IMG/VR virus record: IMGVR_UViG_3300020727_000702
From: an uncultured virus (IMG/VR IMGVR_UViG_3300020727_000702)
Taxonomy: Duplodnaviria > Heunggongvirae > Uroviricota > Caudoviricetes
Strand: one strand, 5' to 3'
Length of the DNA stretch: 64,000 nt
Positions 18,691 through 26,489 of this stretch are shown one piece after another. Numbering within the stretch: position 1 is the first letter of the stretch; the number at the start of each line of letters is the position of its first letter. The notes under the pieces are model-generated. The model was given only the letters and a program-made list of their open reading frames with translations. It searched no databases and was not told the DNA's origin. The position numbers and the translations under genes are program-made.

Positions 18691-19020
18691 ATGAAACAAG
18701 AACTTTTATTTACAGTAGCAGGTACTTCAAACCGTCAAGGCGAAGTTAAAGTACGTTTTGCCAATGACTTGGTAAGTCGTATTAAAGCATTACATCGTGC
18801 TGGTCACGCCGACATTAACTTGGTTGAACTTCCAAAGCCAATGTCTAAACTTGAAGCGTTGCAATATCTTCAAGCACAAGGTATTACACAAGGTGACGCA
18901 GGTTATGCTGTGGCCGCTAAAGTGGCTGAGAAGACTAAAGTCGCCAAAAAAGGCGAAGTTAAAGTTAAAGCAACTGGTGTAAAAGCCACTGCTAAAACTG
19001 GTCAAGCTCAAGCGGTATAA
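18691..19020 (+). CDS. Conserved phage protein with Lys/Ala-rich tail
   Basis: FTVAGTS..KVRFANDLVSRIKAL..LVELPKPMSKLEA. Confidence 0.65.
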   Translation: MKQELLFTVAGTSNRQGEVKVRFANDLVSRIKALHRAGHADINLVELPKPMSKLEALQYLQAQGITQGDAGYAVAAKVAEKTKVAKKGEVKVKATGVKATAKTGQAQAV

Positions 19021-19024
19021 TCAT

Positions 19025-19044
19025 TTAGGGACTTTGGTCCCTAA
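19025..19044 (+). terminator. Hairpin/terminator
   Basis: TTAGGGAC-TTTG-GTCCCTAA. Confidence 0.5.
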
Positions 19045-19050
19045 TTATAT

Positions 19051-19112
19051 TTAAACACATTGACCCGAACCAAGTTATTGGTAGCAAAGCGAAAGCTGGT
19101 TAATGTGTTTAA
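19051..19112 (+). ncRNA. Candidate three-way-junction RNA
   Basis: 15-bp closing stem enclosing ACCAA-GTTA-TTGGT and AGC-GAAA-GCT hairpins. Confidence 0.45.
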
Positions 19113-19136
19113 TTATAAATTTTTAGAAAGAATAAC

Positions 19137-19496
19137 ATGAGTAAGCCAGTATTTTCAGATTTATTTAAATTTAGCGGTCGTCGTAATCGTCAATCTTATA
19201 TTTTATTAAAATTGTTTTATTTTTTAATATTTTGGATTGCGGTGGCATTATCGACCACAATGATTATGACAGTGCCTGTACTTGGATTCATTCTTTGGAT
19301 GGCCATAGGCATTGGTTTAATTGCCGCAGCAATTTCTGTTATAGCGGCAACAACACAACGTATTCGTGATTTTGGGCAAAGCGGGGTATGGGTATTGTTG
19401 TTGTTAATCCCATATGTTGGGTTAGCGTTTGCTCTTGCTCTTTGGTTCATCCCCAGTTCAAAAGGCGATAACAAATACGGATCAAGCTGTATTTAA
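19137..19496 (+). CDS. DUF805 family membrane protein
   Basis: FSGRRNRQSY..QRIRDFGQSGVWVLLLLIPYVG..GDNKYG. Confidence 0.85.
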   Translation: MSKPVFSDLFKFSGRRNRQSYILLKLFYFLIFWIAVALSTTMIMTVPVLGFILWMAIGIGLIAAAISVIAATTQRIRDFGQSGVWVLLLLIPYVGLAFALALWFIPSSKGDNKYGSSCI

Positions 19497-19524
19497 AATA
19501 CAAAGGGCCGAGCCCTTTGTATTT
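19496..19524 (+). terminator. Intrinsic terminator
   Basis: AAATACAAAGGGC-CGA-GCCCTTTGTATTT. Confidence 0.65.
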
Positions 19525-19542
19525 GTATAGAAAGGCATTAGC

Positions 19543-19668
19543 ATGGAAAACATCATTGAAAAAGCAAAACAGTTTTTAGAAACTGATAAGGGTAAAGCGG
19601 TAGGCATCGCAGCCGCAATTATAACAGCCTTAATTGCTATAAAACTGTACAATAAAAATAAAAAATAA
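19543..19668 (+). CDS. Small membrane peptide (41 aa)
   Basis: AAGG SD; single hydrophobic helix. Confidence 0.4.
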   Translation: MENIIEKAKQFLETDKGKAVGIAAAIITALIAIKLYNKNKK

Positions 19669-19760
19669 TTAGCATATTCACAGCGGTTAATTTATAGCCT
19701 TAAAAAGCAAATTTAACTGTTAGTTTTTTACAAATATTCATTAAGGGCATAATTAATATT

Positions 19761-20006
19761 ATGTCCCGCGAAGATGAAATAGAACAAGAAGTTAGAATAT
19801 TAATCATGGAACTCATGATGGTGTTATATAATCATAACATTACAGAAATTCATGTTGGTGCTCTCATGCGACTTATAGGAGTCGAGGATGATAAAGCCAC
19901 AGAATCAGACGATGAGCGTATTCAAATAGATGAAAGATTCAGTAAATATATAAAGCAAATGGTCGACTTGACGTTAGACACAGATCATGATCAAACTTTA
20001 CATTAA
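19761..20006 (+). CDS. Hypothetical protein
   Basis: ORF track; coupled to next gene. Confidence 0.6.
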   Translation: MSREDEIEQEVRILIMELMMVLYNHNITEIHVGALMRLIGVEDDKATESDDERIQIDERFSKYIKQMVDLTLDTDHDQTLH

Positions 20007-20248
20007 TGACACTTCCTATTTTTAAAAACGGTGATGCGCTTTATACTATCATTTACAGACAAGAAGACGCTAGAAGTCGACTACTAAAATGGCTTAATTC
20101 TAGCCGTTCAATACAAGCCCGAGTAGAAGATAACAAGTTATATCTTTACGATTACAATAGCTTATCCGTTTTTATTTTAAATTGGTCCTTTGGTTGGGAC
20201 AATTTATTAATTTGGGACTGTTACGCCAAAAGACACATTAACATCTAA
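20006..20248 (+). CDS. Hypothetical protein
   Basis: TAATG coupling. Confidence 0.6.
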   Translation: MTLPIFKNGDALYTIIYRQEDARSRLLKWLNSSRSIQARVEDNKLYLYDYNSLSVFILNWSFGWDNLLIWDCYAKRHINI

Positions 20249-20320
20249 GAAAATTTGACTTATACATTAATTCATGTATAATTAAGTATGTATTAAGACA
20301 CCAATCATAAAGGAATAACA

Positions 20321-20509
20321 ATGTCAACACATGAACAACTATTAGCAGCAATTGAAACATACAAAGCCGAAAATGAAAAATTTACAGGCAAAGGCGTTAA
20401 AGCCGCCGCCGCTCGTGCTCGTAAAGCACTACAAGAAATCAGCAAAGGTTGTAAGGCACGCCGTGCTGAAATTACTGAAGAAAAAAACTCATTAGCAGCC
20501 GCAAAATAA
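20321..20509 (+). CDS. Histone H1-like Hc1 family protein
   Basis: ENEKFTGKGVKAAAARARKALQEISKGCKARRAEI; upstream TTGACT-N16-TATAAT and AAGGA SD. Confidence 0.75.
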   Translation: MSTHEQLLAAIETYKAENEKFTGKGVKAAAARARKALQEISKGCKARRAEITEEKNSLAAAK

Positions 20510-20510
20510 T

Positions 20511-20681
20511 ATGACTCGCTACGAGTGGATACAAGCTCTTGTTGAGGATCCAGAGCATCCAGGTGAATTATTACTGGACCTCGGCAATGAGTTGTGTGAA
20601 TACCTTGATTGGAAAGAAGGTGACACACTGGATTGGATTGATAATAAGGACGGTACATGGACGATACGAAAGAAGACTTAA
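20511..20681 (+). CDS. AbrB/MazE-like small protein (56 aa, not in track)
   Basis: VEDPEHPGELLLDLGNELCEYLDWKEGDTLDWIDNKDGTWTIRK. Confidence 0.55.
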   Translation: MTRYEWIQALVEDPEHPGELLLDLGNELCEYLDWKEGDTLDWIDNKDGTWTIRKKT

Positions 20682-21247
20682 ATTTAGATATAAAAGAACT
20701 GCTAGACAAACTTAGGACTGTTGACGTGAACAAAAGTGCTTCTTCATCAGCAGATGTATCCACAAATGATGCCTGTTATGATAGCAGTCCATACATTTAT
20801 AATAATGCGTCTGATACTATTACCTTAAGTGGGAGTGAGTTAACTAATGGTGGGTCAACAATACTAAATCCCGGCGGGCTTACAGGATCATACGGGCAAG
20901 TTTATACCGCAAGCTCTGGTCTTGGTGGTACTTACAGTAATACCTCGCCCTGGGCAACCAGCACAGGCACTGCAAGTCCTTGGGTCACTAATACCACTCT
21001 AAAAGGCGGACAACTAGAACTCGAAGGCAAAGATGCCGATATTATTATAGATGGTAAAAGTTTGCTTGATACACTGGCAGCCTTAGAAGAACGATTAAAC
21101 CTATTGGTTCCCAATCCTGAAATGGAAAAGGAATGGGACCAACTTAAACGGTTAGGTGACCGGTATCGTAAGTTAGAAAAAAAACTTAAAGAACAAAGTG
21201 ACATGTGGAACAAACTAAAATCCATGCCACCTCCAGAAATATATTAG
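20657..21247 (+). CDS. Hypothetical protein (S/T/G-rich middle, coiled-coil C-terminus)
   Basis: ORF track. Confidence 0.6.
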   Translation: MDDTKEDLNLDIKELLDKLRTVDVNKSASSSADVSTNDACYDSSPYIYNNASDTITLSGSELTNGGSTILNPGGLTGSYGQVYTASSGLGGTYSNTSPWATSTGTASPWVTNTTLKGGQLELEGKDADIIIDGKSLLDTLAALEERLNLLVPNPEMEKEWDQLKRLGDRYRKLEKKLKEQSDMWNKLKSMPPPEIY

Positions 21248-21329
21248 TAGTTAATAGCAAAAAGACATCGAAATGATTGCTTTTTTACAAGTTCTGTAAT
21301 AAAATTAGTAAGTATTAATAGTAGCGAAC

Positions 21330-21591
21330 ACCGGACGGGCTTGATGCCGGAATATAAATGTAAGTCACGCCCAGTTAATAAGGTTTGTCCAAGTCTTATT
21401 AACTGTTCGAAAGAGGACTTCGGAACTCCTCTTCGTTGACAACTTAGAATTGTTTACACTCACTACAATTTATCGGACACAAGTGTAAACCAGGAAGAAG
21501 TATGCCAAAGAAGGCCGAGGTCTCGTATCTACACTTCTCCTTTTTAATTTGTCAATGTGCTCATCCTGAGCATCCGCCGAAACGGTCCGGT
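21330..21591 (+). ncRNA. Candidate large structured RNA / 5' leader
   Basis: Terminal ACCGGAC/GTCCGGT helix closing at least 7 internal helices; TAAGTA at 21309. Confidence 0.6.
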
Positions 21592-21611
21592 TGAACCGAA
21601 GGAGAACGACA

Positions 21612-22295
21612 ATGAAGAATATCTTATTATCGTTATTAATAGCATTAGGCAGTACCGCAGTAGTAGCACAAGAATACCAAGTAGCAGATTTAAAAGCAGA
21701 AGTAACATTTAAAGATCACGTGATTAACCAAGCCACAAGTTTTGTGGAATCAACAGTTAATATGATCGCAACACCATTCTTATCCGACAAGGATGTAGAA
21801 TGTTTAGCTCGTAATATATTTTATGAAGCTGGCGGCGAACCTATAGAAGGCAAAGCAGCAGTTGGAATAGTTACACTTAACCGCACTCAAGATGACAGAT
21901 ATCCACAAACCGTATGCGGTGTAGTTAAACAACGTACTGTATTATCAGTACCACATCGAGTAAAAGAAGTTAAAACTATTAAAACTGATTGGCTAAGCCC
22001 TCCAAAACAAGTTGTTGAAGTTAAAACAACTTGGGTACAAAAAACCATTTATCAATTTAGTTGGGTTGGACAACGCAATATCAAAATTCGTGAAGACGAT
22101 CCACGCTGGATAGAATCCCGAGCAGTAGCCGAAGAGTTAGCTCGTGGTGGATATGAAACGTGGCAAGAAAAATATGAAAATGCAAAAAATTTCCACGCGG
22201 TTTATGTACATCCGGGCTGGAAATTAAAGCGTATTGGCCGGGTAGGTAACCATATCTTCTACGAAGGCACAACTCCTATTCAGCGGGGCGGTTGA
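21612..22295 (+). CDS. Cell wall hydrolase, SleB/Hydrolase_2 family, with signal peptide
   Basis: ECLARNIFYEAGGEPIEGKAAVGIVTLNR..YPQTVCGVV..QFSW..GNHIFY. Confidence 0.9.
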   Translation: MKNILLSLLIALGSTAVVAQEYQVADLKAEVTFKDHVINQATSFVESTVNMIATPFLSDKDVECLARNIFYEAGGEPIEGKAAVGIVTLNRTQDDRYPQTVCGVVKQRTVLSVPHRVKEVKTIKTDWLSPPKQVVEVKTTWVQKTIYQFSWVGQRNIKIREDDPRWIESRAVAEELARGGYETWQEKYENAKNFHAVYVHPGWKLKRIGRVGNHIFYEGTTPIQRGG

Positions 22296-22320
22296 CAATA
22301 AATCCCAAGTTTGTTATAAT
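22292..22320 (+). promoter_or_regulatory. Consensus sigma70 promoter
   Basis: TTGACA-N17-TATAAT. Confidence 0.8.
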
Positions 22321-22352
22321 AGTAGTATGAATAGCAAATTTGGATTGATTTG

Positions 22353-22748
22353 ATGACGATGCATTTGGAAGGGCCGTGGTTAAGCACTACAGGCAAACAA
22401 AAGACCAAACGTAAGTGGACAAGTTCTGAAGCTAAGAAGTTAGCTGAAAAACGACAAGCTGAGTGGGATCGCAAGTTAGTTGAGTTTGATAAACTTGCTC
22501 CCAAATTCAGCACTGGGCCTTACAATGCTCCCCGAAAAACTATGGCAGATTTCATGCCCAAAACTCCCCCGGGTCGTGAAACTCCTCGAGTTCAATCACA
22601 GGACACAGGATGGGTGGCTTGTGTAAAAGTTAAGGATAACGAATATACTGGTGATGCTGTAGTCGGAATAGCGCAAATGGCAAAATCTAATGCAGTCCCT
22701 GTATTTGACTCTGACCATATTGTAGAGATCGCTAGGATGCGGCGATAA
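22353..22748 (+). CDS. Conserved T4-like phage hypothetical protein
   Basis: YTGDAVVGIAQMAKSNAVPVF..EIARMRR. Confidence 0.65.
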   Translation: MTMHLEGPWLSTTGKQKTKRKWTSSEAKKLAEKRQAEWDRKLVEFDKLAPKFSTGPYNAPRKTMADFMPKTPPGRETPRVQSQDTGWVACVKVKDNEYTGDAVVGIAQMAKSNAVPVFDSDHIVEIARMRR

Positions 22749-22791
22749 TATTTACACAGGTAATAAGATGATAGGGATAAATAAAGTTACT

Positions 22792-23682
22792 ATGAGTAAA
22801 CCATTTAAACCTACCACACTTTATATCAAGACCCATAATGTTACGGGACTTAAATATTTTGGCAAAACAACAGGAAACCCATTTGAATACCGCGGCTCCG
22901 GGATCTATTGGACGGCACACCTTAAAAAACATGGCAATGATATTACTACAGAAATTCTAGGTTATTATACTGATAAAGACGAATGCATACAAGCCGCTAA
23001 TTTGTTCTCTACTGAAAATAATATTGTTAAGGCCGTGAACGAAAATAATAAAAAGATATGGGCTAATCAAATTATCGAAAACGGCATCGATGGAGGAGCA
23101 ACTTGGTTCGGCCCGCGCCCAAGAGAAATGGTGGAAAGAATCGCCGCGAAACAACGAGGAGTACCAAAATCATTACCTCCTGAAGTAGCTAAAGCCGCCG
23201 CAGAAAAGGGATTGGCTACACGAGCAAAAAATGGAACTCTTCGAAAAAAAGGTGAGTGGAAATTCCCTGAAGCAAGTAAGCAAAAGTTAAGAGACGCTAA
23301 TTTAGGCAAAAAACAATCCAAAGAAACTATTGAAAAGCGCCGAGCTAACTTAATAGGAAAAAAACGTCCCGAAGTGGCAGCAAAGTTACGTGGCAGAACA
23401 CATACACTAGAAGCTAGAGCTAATATGAAAGCGGCCCAACAAAATAAAGGGCCGTTAACTAAAGAAACCAAGCAAAAAATAAAAGCGGCACGAGCAAAAC
23501 AGCAGAATGTTAAATCGTGGGGCGAACAAAATCAAGGCAAAGTAATAGTTATCGATAAAGAAGGAATAATGAGTCGAATACCAAAAGAACAGTATTATGC
23601 TCAAACGGGTCCAAAAAATGATTGGGAATGGTTAAGTCATAAATCAGCCGATGCTAACGCTCGTAAGCTAAGTAAAATATAG
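22792..23682 (+). mobile_element. Free-standing GIY-YIG homing endonuclease gene with NUMOD3-like repeats
   Basis: LYIKTHNVTGLKYFGKT..YRGSGIYW..WAN; repeats such as GKKQSKETIEK and GRTHTLEARANM; TAAATA upstream. Confidence 0.8.
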
Positions 23683-23693
23683 GGAGAATAACG

Positions 23694-23912
23694 ATTTCAA
23701 AAGACAATATTATTAAAATGGATGGTGTAATCACCGAGGTGCTACGCAACACTAACTACAGAGTTAAACTAGACAATATGGAAACTCCTATACTGGCTAC
23801 ATTATCCGGTAAAATGCGTATGAATAATATTAAAGTATTAGAAGGCGACGTTGTAGAATTAGAGCTCAGCCCATATGATTTAACTAGAGGCAGAATTTCT
23901 CGCCGTAGATAA
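23694..23912 (+). CDS. infA: Translation initiation factor IF-1 (probable ATT start)
   Basis: SKDNIIKMDGVITEVLRN..LSGKMRMNNIKVLEGDVVELELSPYDLTRGRI. Confidence 0.9.
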   Translation: MSKDNIIKMDGVITEVLRNTNYRVKLDNMETPILATLSGKMRMNNIKVLEGDVVELELSPYDLTRGRISRRR

Positions 23913-23920
23913 ATAACTTT

Positions 23921-24472
23921 ATGAACACACTACGCAAAGACATTAATTTAGTAGAGGCTACTACTAAACCAGCCAAATTAGAAACAACCCCACTGCCTTA
24001 TACACACAAGGCGCTTGAACCAGTAATGTCAGCTGAAACTATAGAATATCATTTTGAGCATCTTGCCAAAGGATACGCTAAAAAATACAATGCTGGGGAA
24101 GGGAATCCTGACTTTAATCGTGCGGGCAGTTTCTTGCACAACAAGTTTTTCCCACAACTTCGTGCGCCCAAGGGTGCTAATCGCCCTAAAGGTGCTGTGT
24201 TAGAATTAATTGAAACTAATTTTAAAACTTACGAAGATTTTAAAATAGCATTTAAAAAGGTGGCCATGGCCATCCAGGGAAGTGGATGGTCCTATCTCTC
24301 TACATCGGGCACGATTAAAACCATCCCAAACCATCAGGTGCGGACAGATGTCGCTCTTTTGCTTGATATGTGGGAGCATTCGTTCGTTTTAGACTATCTC
24401 TGGGACAAAGAAAAATATATAGATAACTTCTGGAAAATAGTAGACTGGAATGTCGTAAACGAACGGCTTTGA
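23921..24472 (+). CDS. sod: Fe/Mn superoxide dismutase
   Basis: LPYTHKALEPVMSAETIEYH, HNKFF, QGSGW and DMWEH motifs. Confidence 0.88.
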   Translation: MNTLRKDINLVEATTKPAKLETTPLPYTHKALEPVMSAETIEYHFEHLAKGYAKKYNAGEGNPDFNRAGSFLHNKFFPQLRAPKGANRPKGAVLELIETNFKTYEDFKIAFKKVAMAIQGSGWSYLSTSGTIKTIPNHQVRTDVALLLDMWEHSFVLDYLWDKEKYIDNFWKIVDWNVVNERL

Positions 24473-24502
24473 CATAAATACTTGTGGGAACACACAAGAA
24501 CA

Positions 24503-25150
24503 ATGTCAAAAAATTATAGAAAAGTATTTGAACGTTATCATCAATGTTGTTTATTACCGGGTGTAGATATACATCATATAGACGGCGATCATAACAATAA
24601 CCATCCTGAAAATTTACAAGCAGTTACATTACAAGAGCATTATGATATTCATAAATCTCAAAATGATCATTATGCCTGTTACATGATTGCTACTCGTATG
24701 GATATTAAACCAAACGATTGGATAGAAATGGCAAGGATCAATGGCCGTAAGTCAGCTATTAAAAACAAAGATAACGGAATTGGATTATTATCTTGGATAA
24801 AAAACAATCCTGAATTAGCACAAAAACAAAGATCAGATAGCGGAAAAGTTGGCGGCAAAAAATGTGCTGATGAAAAGATTGGATTCCATGGGTTATCTAA
24901 AGAACAAAAATTAGAAATAGCATCGCAAGGTGGTAAGAAAGCCGCTGAACTTGGATTGGGATTTAAGGCAGGACACGCATCTCAGGCAGGTAGAGTTGGT
25001 GGTAAGAAAGGCGGGCAATGGGCCAAAGAAAACAAGTCAGGAATTTTTGCTCTCACACCTGAGCAAATAAAAGCAAAAAATCAAAAAGCGGCAATAACTA
25101 AACTTATTAAAAACGGCAAAGCCTGTCGTTATCCAAAGGAAACCATATGA
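24503..25150 (+). mobile_element. Free-standing HNH homing endonuclease gene
   Basis: DIHHIDGDHNNNHPENLQAVTLQEHYDIH; C-terminal GKxGG repeats. Confidence 0.8.
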
Positions 25151-25473
25151 TTACTATTACAGAATCCGCTAATGCTAAGATTAAAGACATTATAGCTGAA
25201 GAAAACAACCCTGATTTAAAATTAAGGGTGTTTATACAAGGTGGTGGATGTTCTGGATTTCAAACAGGCTTTACTTTAGATGATACCCAAGCAGAAGACG
25301 ATTGGGATTTTGAAGCTGATGGGGTCCACGTGCTTGTAGATTCCATGAGTGGCGGCTATTTGGCGGGCGCTACAGTGGATTACAAAGAAGATATACACGG
25401 TGCGGCGTTTACAATTACCGGTATGGACGCTAAAACAACTTGCGGTTGCGGCTCCAGTTTTTCACCCTTTTAA
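25147..25473 (+). CDS. erpA: A-type Fe-S cluster carrier (ErpA/IscA/HesB)
   Basis: [26 protein letters not shown]. Confidence 0.88.
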   Translation: MITITESANAKIKDIIAEENNPDLKLRVFIQGGGCSGFQTGFTLDDTQAEDDWDFEADGVHVLVDSMSGGYLAGATVDYKEDIHGAAFTITGMDAKTTCGCGSSFSPF

Positions 25474-25531
25474 CTCCCAAAATTACAGATATACTAATTT
25501 AGCTAAATACTTGTAGCTAAAGAGGAATGGT

Positions 25532-26467
25532 ATGTCTCAACAATACATTAATGTAGGTGCTTCGGCAAACGACGGTTTGGGCGATCCTATACGCACAGCA
25601 TTTCAAAAAACTAACGAAAATTTTAGTGAATTATACGCAAATAGTGGCGGCAATGCTAACACTGGTAATATTACATTCAGTGATACCACTATCAGCACAA
25701 CCAACAATAATTTAATCCAGTTTACACCAAACGCAGCACTTCCAAATCTCACTTGGGCTATGGGAGATGTATCTAGTGATGTAAGCCTTTTGGTAGCCCC
25801 TACCAGCGATAGTGCTCAGATTGGAGCTTTTTTTATGCCAGGTAGCAACGGCACAGGAATACTTGCTTGGTCAAATGTTAATCCTTATTATGATACTGTT
25901 CTATTAGAAAGCTCGAAAAACATAACTTTAGTAACAAATTCCAATGGGCCAGGTCAATTACCTTGGATATTTGATAATACTGGTGTGTTAACATTACCAA
26001 TCACCGCAGGCTCGGGCTTTAGTGTCATAGCGGCAGCCAATTCTTATCCAGAATTATTGGCCTATGGATCAAGTGGCGATGGTGGCCCAGAATTAGACTG
26101 GATGGATGCCGATGATCCTGCTAATACCTTTAGCAATGTCAACACTTATCGCAATACTTTGTATATCAACAGTACTGGGTTATATGTTGGGTTAAATGAA
26201 AACGGCAATGCTAATCATTTCACAGGCAATTTAACTTTAAGCAGCACCAACGGAGATTTGACTGTTCCTGGAAATATTGTTGCCAGTGGCACAATAACCA
26301 CTAGTGGGACATTTAGACTCCCAAGTTATACTACTAGTCAAATTGCTAATTTAACTGCCGTTGGCGGAGATATGGTTTATAATACAGATCTTCAAACTAT
26401 ACAGGGATATCAATTTAATTCAGTCACAAGCGTAATGGGATGGGTAAGCTGGGTTGTAGCCCCTTAA
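25532..26467 (+). CDS. Baseplate/tail-associated virion protein
   Basis: INVGASANDGLGDPIRTAFQKTNENF gp9/gp10-like N-terminus; CTAAATA upstream. Confidence 0.7.
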   Translation: MSQQYINVGASANDGLGDPIRTAFQKTNENFSELYANSGGNANTGNITFSDTTISTTNNNLIQFTPNAALPNLTWAMGDVSSDVSLLVAPTSDSAQIGAFFMPGSNGTGILAWSNVNPYYDTVLLESSKNITLVTNSNGPGQLPWIFDNTGVLTLPITAGSGFSVIAAANSYPELLAYGSSGDGGPELDWMDADDPANTFSNVNTYRNTLYINSTGLYVGLNENGNANHFTGNLTLSSTNGDLTVPGNIVASGTITTSGTFRLPSYTTSQIANLTAVGGDMVYNTDLQTIQGYQFNSVTSVMGWVSWVVAP

Positions 26468-26489
26468 CAATAAAGAGATCTATTAATCT

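Noticed and set aside
19051..19112. Hammerhead ribozyme
   Set aside because: The three-way junction lacks the CUGANGA and GAAA-UH core arrangement
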